A DNA stretch of 64,000 bases. Source: Pirellulales bacterium (GTDB lineage: Bacteria; Planctomycetota; Planctomycetia; Pirellulales; PALSA-1355). Position 1 is the stretch's first letter. Each line of letters opens with the position of its first letter. The stretch spans positions 1,248,001 through 1,312,000 of the forward strand of contig CAVTBU010000005.1 in assembly GCA_963733035.1 (NCBI GenBank). The letters run 5' to 3'. Positions 42,645 through 52,810 of this stretch are shown piece after piece. The notes beneath the pieces were generated by a model, which saw only the letters and a list, made by a program, of their open reading frames with translations, was not told where the DNA came from and did not search any database. A program made the position numbers and the translations under genes.

Positions 42645-43919
42645 ATGGCCGTTGCCGAGACGTTTGACCTGCGCCGTTATTGCCTGGAAACCGCCGAACG
42701 CGCTAAGCGCGCGTCGCACGCCTTGGCATGCTTGGGAAGCGGCCAGAAAATTGCCTGGCTTAGGCGCGCTGCCGATTTGCTACGCAGCGAGCAGGAACCG
42801 CTTCTTCAGGCCAATGCGCAGGATGTCGCGGCGGCTCCTCAATTTGGTCTTTCACCGGCCCAGGTCGATCGACTGCGTCTGACCCCCGCGGTGATTGAGT
42901 CCATGGCTGTCGGCCTCGAGGAGGTCGCGGCACTGCCGGAGCCGATCGGCGAAATCATCGAATCCTCAATTCGGCCCAACGGCCTGTCCGTTCAAAAGGT
43001 GCGCGTGCCGCTGGGGGTCGTGTTCTTCATCTACGAATCGCGGCCAAACGTGACCGCCGACGCCGCGGCGATCTGCATCAAGAGTGGCAATGCCGTGATC
43101 CTGCGCGGCGGCAAGGAAGCCAGTCACTCGAACCGCGCCATCGTTTCACTGCTTGAGCGAGCCGCCGAGGAAATCGGGCTCCCCGAGGGAGCCGTGCAAT
43201 TGGTGTCAACAATCGACCGTGACGCCGTCGGGCATTTTCTCGGCCTTTCCGACTACATCGATCTGGCCATTCCACGCGGTGGCGAAAGCCTGATTCGTCG
43301 CGTCGCCGACGAAGCGCGGATGCCCGTGATCAAGCACTTCACCGGCAACTGCCACGTTTACGTGGACAGCGCCGCCGACTTGGAGATGGCCGAAAAGATC
43401 ACGGTGAATTCGAAATGCCAACGGTTCGGCACCTGCAATACGGCTGAGTCGCTGGTCGTGCATCGTGACGTGGCGGCGCAGTTCTTACCGCGTGTCGCCG
43501 CGGCGCTTGGGGAGTTTTCGATCGAATTGCGTGGCGACGCGCGCGCCAGGTCGTTGGTGCCGCAAGCCAAAGCCGCCAGCGAAGAGGATTTTGCCGCCGA
43601 ATACCTGGGCCCCATTATCTCGGTGAAGGTCGTCGACTCGCTCGATGAAGCGATTGCCCACATCAACCGGTACGGTTCAAAACATACCGATGCCATCGTA
43701 ACGGCGGACCTCGCGGCCGCTCGCAAATTCACCACCGCCGTCGATAGCGCGGCCGTGATGGTCAATGCCAGCACGCGGTTTAACGATGGCGGACAATTTG
43801 GCCTGGGTGCCGAAATCGGCATCAGCACCGACAAGTTTCATGCCCGCGGACCGTGCGGGATCAAGGAACTGACCAGCTACAAGTACGTCGTCTATGGCGA
43901 GGGACAGATTCGCGCATAG
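42645..43919 (+). CDS. proA: Gamma-glutamyl phosphate reductase
   Basis: [53 protein letters not shown]. Confidence 0.97.
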   Translation: MAVAETFDLRRYCLETAERAKRASHALACLGSGQKIAWLRRAADLLRSEQEPLLQANAQDVAAAPQFGLSPAQVDRLRLTPAVIESMAVGLEEVAALPEPIGEIIESSIRPNGLSVQKVRVPLGVVFFIYESRPNVTADAAAICIKSGNAVILRGGKEASHSNRAIVSLLERAAEEIGLPEGAVQLVSTIDRDAVGHFLGLSDYIDLAIPRGGESLIRRVADEARMPVIKHFTGNCHVYVDSAADLEMAEKITVNSKCQRFGTCNTAESLVVHRDVAAQFLPRVAAALGEFSIELRGDARARSLVPQAKAASEEDFAAEYLGPIISVKVVDSLDEAIAHINRYGSKHTDAIVTADLAAARKFTTAVDSAAVMVNASTRFNDGGQFGLGAEIGISTDKFHARGPCGIKELTSYKYVVYGEGQIRA

Positions 43920-43959
43920 CGATCGAGTCGCGTTGCACACCCGGTAAGCGAGGCCAGGG

Positions 43960-44955
43960 ATGGCTGATGAATTGCTAAGCCCTGCGGAAATCGAAGTTCT
44001 GCTGGGCAGGCGGGCTGCTGCCGACGCCCAGCGCGTCGCTCCTCCACAGCCGAGCGACATCGAACTTCAGAATCGTCTGGCTGCCAGGCTGGCGCCGATT
44101 CATGAACACGCCGCCAGCCAGTTTGCCGCGGACCTGACATCGCTCGTACGCCGCGCGGCGCGCGTGAGTCCCTCGGCGTTCGAATGGATTGCGGCGTCGG
44201 GCTTTCTGGACATAGGCTCCGACGGCGCTACGTATTGCCGGCGAATCGACGTTGCGCCAATTGACGACCTCGTGCCCATCGATGGCCCTTGGTGGCTCAG
44301 TATTTCGCCGCCTGTGCACTACGCGATCGTCGATTGCATGCTCGGGGGCGGTCGTGAGGTGCGTGCTGATTTATGTCGCCCGCCCACCGAAATTGAACGA
44401 CGGCTAGTTGATCGTGCCGCAAAGCTTTTACTGAGCGCGCTTCGCGTGGCTTGGCACGATACGGCAACGTTGTCGCTTGAGCTATCCGACCTGACGAGTC
44501 CGTCAAACCGTCCCGGACCAAAAGCTATCGCCGCCAAGTACCTGCGGAGCCATTTTGCCCTGGATTTGGCGGGTGTGCGGGGAGACCTGTGCCTGGTAAT
44601 TCCGGCGACCACAATCGCGACGCTCTTTCCCCGCGATTGCGCCGGCGATGCGTCACAGGCATGTTGCTCGTCCGCCGCGAGCGGCATTCGGCCATCCGCG
44701 AGTTCGGGTGAGGTCATCGAACTCATGGCCTGTCTGGCTGAAACGGATATCTCACCCGACGAGCTTGCCGCATTGGAGTTGGGCGACATCATTGCCACGG
44801 ATCAGCAGGCGAACGATCCGATTCTGGTGTCGCAAGACGGAGAACTAAGATTTCGCGCGCATCTTGGGTCTTGGCAGGGACGCAAGGCATTGGAGATCGA
44901 GCAAGTGTTGCCTCCCTCCGGCGAAAGTGATGCACCTACGTCGAACGGCGCCTAG
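43960..44955 (+). CDS. FliM-like flagellar motor switch family protein (divergent)
   Basis: N-terminal LLSPAEIEVLL, central DCMLGG...PTEIE, C-terminal SpoA-like LELGDII...FRAHLG..GRKALEI. Confidence 0.75.
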   Translation: MADELLSPAEIEVLLGRRAAADAQRVAPPQPSDIELQNRLAARLAPIHEHAASQFAADLTSLVRRAARVSPSAFEWIAASGFLDIGSDGATYCRRIDVAPIDDLVPIDGPWWLSISPPVHYAIVDCMLGGGREVRADLCRPPTEIERRLVDRAAKLLLSALRVAWHDTATLSLELSDLTSPSNRPGPKAIAAKYLRSHFALDLAGVRGDLCLVIPATTIATLFPRDCAGDASQACCSSAASGIRPSASSGEVIELMACLAETDISPDELAALELGDIIATDQQANDPILVSQDGELRFRAHLGSWQGRKALEIEQVLPPSGESDAPTSNGA

Positions 44956-45090
44956 CAAACGGCGCGAGGCCCCGAGATGGCATGGACGCGGTCTGCCAGC
45001 GCGCTATAATTCTCCTCCATCTCGCGGACCGAATGAAGTCGGGCGCGGCGGCCGCCCCACCTCTCTCCCTCGAACGTGGAAGGACATCCC

Positions 45091-46137
45091 TTGGCAGTGG
45101 AAAAAGTGGTCATCATTGGCAGTGGTCCCGCCGGCTGGTCGGCGGCCATTTATGCGGCCCGCGCCGAACTCCAACCGCTGGTGTTCGAAGGTGCAATCAC
45201 GGAAGAGAATCGCATTGCTGGCACCCTGCCGCTAGGACAGCTCAACCTCACGACCGAAGTCGAAAACTACGCCGGTTTTCCGGCCGGAGACCTGTCGGCT
45301 TTCTTGGACAACGCCATCGACGCGGAAACCCGGTCGATGATGGCTCCCCACTCCAAGCACTGCATCAGCGGCCCAGAGCTCATGGAACTGATGCGCCAAC
45401 AGGCCAAGAATTTTGGCACCCGGGTCGTGACGGATGACGTGGTCAAAGTCGACTTTCAAAATCACCCTTTCAAACTGGTAACGCTCGGCGGCGAGACCGT
45501 CGAGACCGAGTCGGTCATTGTGGCCACGGGCGCCCGGGCAAACTATTTGGGACTCCCATCGGAAGACGCGTTTAAGAATCGCGGCGTAAGCGCGTGCGCC
45601 GTGTGCGACGGGGCACTGCCCCGATTTCGCAACAAGCCGCTGGTGGTGGTGGGGGGCGGTGATTCGGCCGTCGAGGAAGCGAGTTACCTGACCAAGTTCG
45701 CCAGCACGGTCCACCTGGTTCATCGCCGCGATCAACTGCGGGCGTCGAAGATCATGGCCCAACGCGCCGAGTCGAACAAGAAGATCGACATTGTTTGGAA
45801 CCACGAACTTGGAGAAGTCGTCGGCACTGACAACGAGGGTGTCACCGGCGTGGTGCTCAACAGCACGAAAGGAGGCGACCACACGCGATTGGACGCCGCG
45901 GGGGTTTTCCTGGCGATCGGACATACGCCAAACACCGCTTTCCTCGACGGACAACTGACGTTGACCGAAAAGAAGTACATCGCCCTTACAACGCCGTTCC
46001 GGACCCACACCAGCGTGCCCGGCGTGTTTGCAGCTGGCGACGTGGCCGATGACTACTATCGACAGGCGATCACTTCGGCCGGTGCCGGCTGCATGGCCGC
46101 GCTCGACGCCGAGCGCTGGCTTGCCTCGCGGGAGTAA
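45091..46137 (+). CDS. trxB: Thioredoxin reductase
   Basis: [47 protein letters not shown] at 45005. Confidence 0.96.
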   Translation: MAVEKVVIIGSGPAGWSAAIYAARAELQPLVFEGAITEENRIAGTLPLGQLNLTTEVENYAGFPAGDLSAFLDNAIDAETRSMMAPHSKHCISGPELMELMRQQAKNFGTRVVTDDVVKVDFQNHPFKLVTLGGETVETESVIVATGARANYLGLPSEDAFKNRGVSACAVCDGALPRFRNKPLVVVGGGDSAVEEASYLTKFASTVHLVHRRDQLRASKIMAQRAESNKKIDIVWNHELGEVVGTDNEGVTGVVLNSTKGGDHTRLDAAGVFLAIGHTPNTAFLDGQLTLTEKKYIALTTPFRTHTSVPGVFAAGDVADDYYRQAITSAGAGCMAALDAERWLASRE

Positions 46138-46143
46138 ACCGCC

Positions 46144-47535
46144 ATGCAAAGAATATCGGTGGCCCAGGCGCGGCAGGCGAAAGCGGCGGGCCAGTCCGCG
46201 CGGTTGCAGGGCTGGATTCGTACTCGTCGCGATTCCAAAGGTGGTTTCAGCTTCCTGGAGCTCAACGACGGCTCCTGTCTAAGTAACATCCAAATCGTCG
46301 CCGACGGCAGCTTGCCTAACTACGAGTCGGAAATCAAACATCTCTCGGCCGGCTGCAGCGTGACCGTGGAGGGCGAAATCAAGGCCTCGCCCGCAAAAGG
46401 CCAGGCGACCGAAATGCAGGCCCAGGCCGTAATCGTTCACGGCGGAGCCGACCCCGAGACGTATCCTCTGCAAAAAAAACGGCATTCGTTCGAATTCCTG
46501 CGAACACTAGCGCACTTGCGCCTGCGCACCAACACGTTTGGGGCCGTCGCCCGGGTGCGAAACTGCGTTTGCCGCTCGATTCACGGATTCTTTCAGGAAG
46601 AAGGATTTCTGTACGTTCATCCGCCGATCATTACGGCCAGCGACTGCGAAGGCGCAGGCGAGATGTTCAAGGTCACAACGCTCGATTTGGTCAACGTGCC
46701 CAAGGTGGCCGGCGCCGTCGACTACACGCAAGACTTTTTCGACCGACCCTCGTATCTGACCGTGAGCGGGCAGCTCGAAGCCGAAATCTTTGCCTGCGCG
46801 CTGGGCAAGGTTTACACCTTTGGCCCCACGTTCCGGGCCGAAAACTCCAACACCTCGCGCCACCTGGCGGAGTTCTGGATGGTCGAGCCGGAGATGGCGT
46901 TCTTCGAGCTGACCGATAACATGGACCTGGCCGAGCGATTCCTGAAGCGTATCTTCGGCGACGTGCTCACGCAGTGCGCCGAGGACATGGAATTCTTCGA
47001 CGAGCGAATCGAAAAAGGTATTCGCGCCACACTCGAAGGCGTGGTCAGCAGCCAATTCGTTCGGCTCCCCTACACCGAGGCCGTCGACATCCTCACCCGC
47101 TCCAAGCAAACGTTTGAGTTCCCGGTCTCCTGGGGTCACGACCTGCAGGCCGAACACGAGCGATATCTGACCGAACAGCATTTCCAGAAGCCGGTCATCT
47201 TGTTCGACTATCCCCGGTCGATCAAACCGTTCTACATGCGCGTCAACGACGATGGTCGCACGGTGCGCGCAATGGACATTCTGGTGCCCAAGGTCGGCGA
47301 AATCATCGGCGGCAGCCAGCGTGAGGAACGGCTCGACGTGATCACCGAGCGGATGAAGGAGCAAAAGCTCGATCCCGAGAGCTACTGGTGGTATCTCGAT
47401 CTGCGCCGCTACGGCAGCGTCCCCCATTCCGGCTTTGGCTTGGGCCTGGAACGCGTCGTGCAGTTCGCCACCGGCATGGCCAATATCCGCGATGTCATCC
47501 CGTTTCCACGGGTGCCGGGCAACGCGGATTTCTAG
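46144..47535 (+). CDS. asnS: Asparagine--tRNA ligase
   Basis: [47 protein letters not shown]. Confidence 0.97.
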   Translation: MQRISVAQARQAKAAGQSARLQGWIRTRRDSKGGFSFLELNDGSCLSNIQIVADGSLPNYESEIKHLSAGCSVTVEGEIKASPAKGQATEMQAQAVIVHGGADPETYPLQKKRHSFEFLRTLAHLRLRTNTFGAVARVRNCVCRSIHGFFQEEGFLYVHPPIITASDCEGAGEMFKVTTLDLVNVPKVAGAVDYTQDFFDRPSYLTVSGQLEAEIFACALGKVYTFGPTFRAENSNTSRHLAEFWMVEPEMAFFELTDNMDLAERFLKRIFGDVLTQCAEDMEFFDERIEKGIRATLEGVVSSQFVRLPYTEAVDILTRSKQTFEFPVSWGHDLQAEHERYLTEQHFQKPVILFDYPRSIKPFYMRVNDDGRTVRAMDILVPKVGEIIGGSQREERLDVITERMKEQKLDPESYWWYLDLRRYGSVPHSGFGLGLERVVQFATGMANIRDVIPFPRVPGNADF

Positions 47536-47593
47536 CTGTCAAAACGTGGGATCCGGAGCGGACTAAGTGCCGGTCGCCTACGTGAGGGTGCGC

Positions 47594-47689
47594 CTATGAG
47601 GTTCGGCCCAGCGTCATGATGAACATGAGGCCCGCGACGAGGGTGCCGCAGAGCAAGAGCCACTCGTCGTAGCTAAAGGGGGTGGTCAT
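47594..47689 (-). CDS. Small single-pass membrane protein (31 aa)
   Basis: MTTPFSYDEWLLLCGTLVAGLMFIMTLGRTS; almost all codons end in G/C; one hydrophobic helix. Confidence 0.6.
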   Translation of the reverse strand: MTTPFSYDEWLLLCGTLVAGLMFIMTLGRTS

Positions 47690-47985
47690 GGCATGTCGGT
47701 TTGGGGTGGGCGAAATTGGGAAGGTTCTCTTTGCCAACTTAGGTTTCAATTGCGGGCAGTGGCTGGCGGAATAGATTTGCCGAGTTCCGGCGAACTATCG
47801 GAATCAGTCGTATCGATTTTGCCGGGCGGCCGGCGGGCTCGAAACGGCTGAGTTGCTTGATTTTCCCGGCAAGGGGAAATAGGCTGAAGGTTCAGCCCGC
47901 CGTCATCTCCCGGCGGAACGGGGAGCTCTAACAAGCCCTCAGGCGGATCCCATCTCGACGCTGCACCCTTGAACACGGAAAGAAG

Positions 47986-49014
47986 ATGCGCGAAGTCTCA
48001 CTCACTCGGACGACCATTCGTGGCGCACAGATTGGACTGCTTGTTGCACTCATGGCGGCAACCGCTTTTACTGCCGCTGCCCGTGCCAGCACGCTCGTCA
48101 CGATTGACACGAACTTTGGCAACATCGAACTGGATTTGTTTAATGATGTGGCACCCACGACGGTCACCAATTTCGTGAATCTCGTGACCGCCGGGGACTA
48201 TTCGAACTCGATCATTCACCGCTCCATACCAAACTTTGTCATTCAAGGTGGCGGATTTAATACAAGCTCAACCTCGATCCCAAACAACGGCACGATTCCG
48301 TTGGAATACAAAATCGCCAACACGCGCGGGACGATATCAATGGCGCGCCTGTCGAGCCCCAACACGGCGAACAGCCAGTTTTTTATCAACACTGTCGACA
48401 ACACGACGACTCTGGGACCCGGCGGCTCCAGCACGGACGGCTATGCCGCATTTGGCTGGGTACTCAGTGGAATGGATGTCGTCGATGCGATTGCCGCCTT
48501 ACCTACTTACAACCTCTCAAATATTAATGGCGCCTTTACCAACTTACCGCTGCAAAACTACACGCAGGGCAATCCCCTCTCCAGCGCAAACGAGGCCGTA
48601 ATCAACAGTATCTCTATCGCCGAGCAACACCCCTCGTATCAAAATCCCATCTGGAACGTCGACGTCAACAACGATGGCAAACTGTCGACTGCGGACGTGA
48701 TGGTGATCGTCAATAGTATCCTGGCCAACGGCCCGAAGTTTTCCGCCGACAGCTCGAAGATCAGCAACACGTACAAATACTTCGACACCAACGGCGACAA
48801 TTTCGTTTCGCTCAGCGATCTGATGACGGTCGTCAACGCCATCCTCCGCGGCGACACGGCGCCCGCCTCACTGACCGCCACGCCGCTGGCCATGCCGTTG
48901 GTCGTGCCGGAACCCTCGTCGGCCGTGCTTTCCATGGCAGCCTGTCTCGCGCTGGGCACGATCGCCCTTCGCAGGCGCAAGCGGCGTCGTGGCGCGGCAA
49001 AAATGGCGGCTTAG
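47986..49014 (+). CDS. Cyclophilin-type PPIase + dockerin-like domain + PEP-CTERM anchor
   Basis: APTTVTNF, HRSIPNFVIQGGG, RGTISMAR, SQFFIN; DVNNDGKLSTAD and DTNGDNFVSLSD; VPEPSS-TM-RRRKRRR. Confidence 0.9.
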   Translation: MREVSLTRTTIRGAQIGLLVALMAATAFTAAARASTLVTIDTNFGNIELDLFNDVAPTTVTNFVNLVTAGDYSNSIIHRSIPNFVIQGGGFNTSSTSIPNNGTIPLEYKIANTRGTISMARLSSPNTANSQFFINTVDNTTTLGPGGSSTDGYAAFGWVLSGMDVVDAIAALPTYNLSNINGAFTNLPLQNYTQGNPLSSANEAVINSISIAEQHPSYQNPIWNVDVNNDGKLSTADVMVIVNSILANGPKFSADSSKISNTYKYFDTNGDNFVSLSDLMTVVNAILRGDTAPASLTATPLAMPLVVPEPSSAVLSMAACLALGTIALRRRKRRRGAAKMAA

Positions 49015-49189
49015 AGGGGTGGATGCCGGCGCCGGGGCATTTCCAGCCGACGCGCGACTGGCCCTCGGCTGCCTCGCGCTGCATAATGGCGACACGCGGC
49101 GGGCCTTCCTGGCCCATCGTTCGCGCTCCGAGATCATCGGGGCATCCCACCGGCAAACCCGCTTCGTCACACCCAGAGCACACACCACG

Positions 49190-49891
49190 ATGAAACTTCC
49201 ACGCTTTGCCTCGCGCCGTTTCACCACGTTCCTTACCTGCTGCATGCTGGTCGTCGCCGCGACTGCCCAGGCGGCCGACAATACACCGCCCGAAGGTTTT
49301 GTCGCCCTCTTCAACGGCAAGGACCTGACCGGCTGGAAGGGTCTGGTTGCCAGTCCGCCGAAGCGTGCCAAGATGTCGGACGACGAATTGGCCGCGGCCC
49401 AGAAAGTTGCCGACCAGAAGATGCGCGACCACTGGAACGTCGAGGACGGCACGCTCGTCTTTGACGGCAAGGGGGACAGCCTGTGCACGGCCGACGACTA
49501 CGGCGATTTCGAAATGTACGTCGATTGGAAAATCCTCCCCAAGGGCGATAGCGGCATTTATTTGCGCGGCACCCCGCAGGTGCAGATTTGGGACCCGGAA
49601 GTTTCGGTGCCGGAGAAGGGCCTTGGCTCGGGCGGCCTGTTCAACAACCAGAAGCATCCCTCCAAGCCGCTGGTCAAGGCCGACAACCCGGTGGGCGAGT
49701 GGAACACGTTCCGCATCAAGATGGTCGGCGACAAGGTGACCATCTGGTTGAACGACACGCTGGTGGTCGACGACGTCGTGCTGGAGAACTATTGGGAGCG
49801 CGACAAGCCGATTTACCCCACCGGTCAGATCGAGCTGCAAAACCACGGCAACACGCTGTACTTCAAGAACATCTACTTGAAGAAACTGTAG
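49190..49891 (+). CDS. Secreted DUF1080 (3-keto-disaccharide hydrolase family) protein
   Basis: PEGFVALFNGKDLTGW, GDSGIYLRG, GEWNTFRI, GQIELQNHG..YFKNI. Confidence 0.92.
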   Translation: MKLPRFASRRFTTFLTCCMLVVAATAQAADNTPPEGFVALFNGKDLTGWKGLVASPPKRAKMSDDELAAAQKVADQKMRDHWNVEDGTLVFDGKGDSLCTADDYGDFEMYVDWKILPKGDSGIYLRGTPQVQIWDPEVSVPEKGLGSGGLFNNQKHPSKPLVKADNPVGEWNTFRIKMVGDKVTIWLNDTLVVDDVVLENYWERDKPIYPTGQIELQNHGNTLYFKNIYLKKL

Positions 49892-50081
49892 GCCGCTGTC
49901 GGGGTGCAAGTTTTGGCGGACGGGCGCCCCGGCGAGGCCGGGACCCGATGGGCTCGTAGGCGAACTCGCGGCCAGAGTCCACCGCGGAGCCCGCGTCCCG
50001 CATAGCGAGCGGGCGAAAGCAGAAACACGCGGTAACTCATTTCCGCGAGTCTATCTCGATTGGCCTTGGGCGTCGCCGCCT

Positions 50082-52721
50082 TTAGCCCGCGCCGAGTTTC
50101 TTAAGCAGCGATTTTGGCAGCGTTTGGCGGACCGAATCGAGGAATTGCCATGGATCGCGTTTGAGCTTGTCCAGCCGAGCGGGCAAATTGGCGATTGTGA
50201 ATTGATCGGACGATTTGATGTTGGGCAGTTCTTCCCAGCTTATCGGCGTGGCGACCGGACAACCGGCGTGAGCGCGAGTCGAGTACGGTACGACAGCCGT
50301 TGCACCGCGGGAATTCCGCAGGTAGTCGATATAGATTTTGCCGCCGCGGGCGGACTTCGACATGTTCGTGGTGTAGCGATTGGGATCAGCGACGGCGGCG
50401 GCCTCGGCAATTGCGCGACTGATTTCCTTGGCATCCTCCCAGGTCGTGCGCCGTTCAATCGGTAACACCAAATGCAGCCCCTTGCCGCCGGTCGTCTTCG
50501 CGCCGCAAATCAGGTCCAAGTCCGCCAGAAAGTCGCGCAGTTGCAAGGCGCTTTCGACGGTTCGTTGCCACGGAACATCCACGTCGGGATCGAGATCGAA
50601 CACCAAGCGGTCCGGTTTTTCGATGTTGTCGGTACGCGCTCCCCAGGCGTGAATCTCGAGCGTGTTCATCTGCACCAGTGACAGCAACCCCTCAAGATCC
50701 TTGACCACCGCATACTCAATTGTCTTTCGCTTGTCGTCGATGGCCACCCGGCCAATCGATTCGGGCATTCCCTTGCCAACGTGCTTCTGGAAAAAACAGT
50801 TGCCACGGTAGCCCTGGGGACAACGGACGAGCGTAAGCGGCCGGTCGACGACGTGCGGTAAGATCCAATCGGCAGCGCTCGCATAGTAGCCCGCGAGTTG
50901 CGCTTTGGTGATCCCATCGCCGGGGTACAGAACCTTGTCTGGATGCGTCAGACGGACGGAATCAGGAAATTCTGCGGACAGGCTTTCCTGATGCCTGGAG
51001 TTTCGTGCGACGGAGTTTCTGGTCGTGGGCTTCGACACGGCAGGTTGCTCCAATGACTTGAGCGGCACGGGACGTTCGCGAATGACTTGCGAAGCCGGCT
51101 TGTCCTCGCGTAGGCCTTGAAACGCCGGGTGCCGCAAATGGCCGTCGCGCGTCCATTCACTAAACGTGACTTGCGCCACCAGTATGGGCTTTACCCAGTG
51201 CACGCCGCGGGCCTGCCCGGTGCGTCCTTGGAGGTCGACAAACGGCGACTTGCTCTGCTCCAGCGTACGAAGTTGCCGCGACAAGTCCTCGAGCAGTTCA
51301 TCGCTGAATCCGGTGCCGACTCGACCCGCATAGCGGAGTTGACCATCGTCGTAATATCCCAATGCTAGCGCCCCAAATCCGACGCGCGATCCAGCAGGCG
51401 AAGTATACCCGCCGATCACAAACTCCTCGCGGTGCGCACACTTCACTTTGAGCCACTCGCCGCTGCGTCCTGGACGATACGGCCGATCACGGCGTTTGCA
51501 GATGATGCCTTCGAGCTTTCTCTGGCAGGCCTCGGCGAAAAACTCGGGAGCCCGACCCACGATATAGCCGGCATCGCGAACCGCACCTGGCCCGGAAGGA
51601 ACGAGCTGCGTCAATAAACGCTTGCGCTGCTCCAGGGGCACCTTCGTCAAGTTCACGCCATCGAGATAAAGCACGTCGAACACATAGTAGACGAGCCGGT
51701 TGGCTTGCTTGCCTGCGAAGGCGTTCTGCAGGGCCTGAAAGCTGGTGCTGCCGTCGGGTTCGACCGCGACGACTTCGCCATCGAAGACGGCCGAACCAAC
51801 TCCCAGGCCGCGAACCGCCCGCACCAGATGCGGCACGCGCGCCGTCCAATCCAGTCCGTTGCGGCTCAAAAAGGTGACCTCGCGGCGTTCGACCTGGCAG
51901 ATCATCCGATAGCCGTCGAACTTGATCTCGTTGAACCACTGGTCTCCATCTGGGGCTCGTTTTACAAGGGTTGCCAGCTGCGGCTTGATTCGCATGGGGA
52001 GCGGTCCGCGCCGGGCACCTGGCAGTTCGGCAAGAAGTCGTTTCCGCGAGCGAGCGTTGAGGTGTTGCGGCCGTGAATGAGTCGTCGCGTCGCCCGGCGG
52101 GTCGCCTCCCTTGGCCGCGCCATGTTTGGCATTCCAGACCCGTCGTCCGGCGGCAATCTGGTCCATCGTACGTCCGGTCGCCGCACTTTCTGGCTCGCGC
52201 TGGAGAATTCCGTCTTCGTCTCCTTCGATGGCCTCGTCGTCACGAATCTTGAAGAGGAACCAAGGTTCTTTCTGGCCGCCTCCAAATCGACCGTTGCCGC
52301 CGCTTCGTCGGACCAACACCCAATCGCCCCGCAGCTTCTTCCCATGCAGACGGAAATGCAGTTTACCCTCGCGATAGGCCTCGTCCGGATCACCGTCGAT
52401 CGACCACGTTCCTTGGTCCCAGAGCATCACGGTACCGCCGCCGTATTGTCCTCTGGGGATCGTACCCTCGAAGGAGCCGTATTCAACCGGATGGTCCTCG
52501 ACATGCATCGCCAACCGCTTCACGTGGGGATCGAGACTCGGTCCCTTTGGCACGGCCCAACTCTTCAGCACACCACCGATCTGCAGCCGAAAATCATAGT
52601 GCAGGTGACTTGCGGCGTGCTTTTGCACCACGAACAGCCAGCCGGATTTCTTCCGCCGCCGGCCTCGTGGCTCCGCCGTACGTTGGAAATCGCGTTTGTC
52701 TTGGTAACGTTTCAGGGACAT
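50082..52721 (-). CDS. ligD: NHEJ DNA ligase D (phosphoesterase-ligase-polymerase)
   Basis: FVVQKHAASHLHYDFRL, EIKFDGYR, EGIICKR, WLKVK, LTHPDKVLYP, FDLDP, KTTGGKGLH. Confidence 0.96.
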   Translation of the reverse strand: MSLKRYQDKRDFQRTAEPRGRRRKKSGWLFVVQKHAASHLHYDFRLQIGGVLKSWAVPKGPSLDPHVKRLAMHVEDHPVEYGSFEGTIPRGQYGGGTVMLWDQGTWSIDGDPDEAYREGKLHFRLHGKKLRGDWVLVRRSGGNGRFGGGQKEPWFLFKIRDDEAIEGDEDGILQREPESAATGRTMDQIAAGRRVWNAKHGAAKGGDPPGDATTHSRPQHLNARSRKRLLAELPGARRGPLPMRIKPQLATLVKRAPDGDQWFNEIKFDGYRMICQVERREVTFLSRNGLDWTARVPHLVRAVRGLGVGSAVFDGEVVAVEPDGSTSFQALQNAFAGKQANRLVYYVFDVLYLDGVNLTKVPLEQRKRLLTQLVPSGPGAVRDAGYIVGRAPEFFAEACQRKLEGIICKRRDRPYRPGRSGEWLKVKCAHREEFVIGGYTSPAGSRVGFGALALGYYDDGQLRYAGRVGTGFSDELLEDLSRQLRTLEQSKSPFVDLQGRTGQARGVHWVKPILVAQVTFSEWTRDGHLRHPAFQGLREDKPASQVIRERPVPLKSLEQPAVSKPTTRNSVARNSRHQESLSAEFPDSVRLTHPDKVLYPGDGITKAQLAGYYASAADWILPHVVDRPLTLVRCPQGYRGNCFFQKHVGKGMPESIGRVAIDDKRKTIEYAVVKDLEGLLSLVQMNTLEIHAWGARTDNIEKPDRLVFDLDPDVDVPWQRTVESALQLRDFLADLDLICGAKTTGGKGLHLVLPIERRTTWEDAKEISRAIAEAAAVADPNRYTTNMSKSARGGKIYIDYLRNSRGATAVVPYSTRAHAGCPVATPISWEELPNIKSSDQFTIANLPARLDKLKRDPWQFLDSVRQTLPKSLLKKLGAG

Positions 52722-52810
52722 ACAATATCCCGCGAAGCGGGTGGCCGGAAGTATCGGAAGCGAGGCACGCCACCAACCGATTGCGAATACCGCGGCACGC
52801 TCTTGCAATT

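Noticed and set aside
49895..50080. GC-rich short inverted repeats between DUF1080 and ligD
   Set aside because: Weak stems with no T tract or second copy; not supportable as a terminator or REP element.
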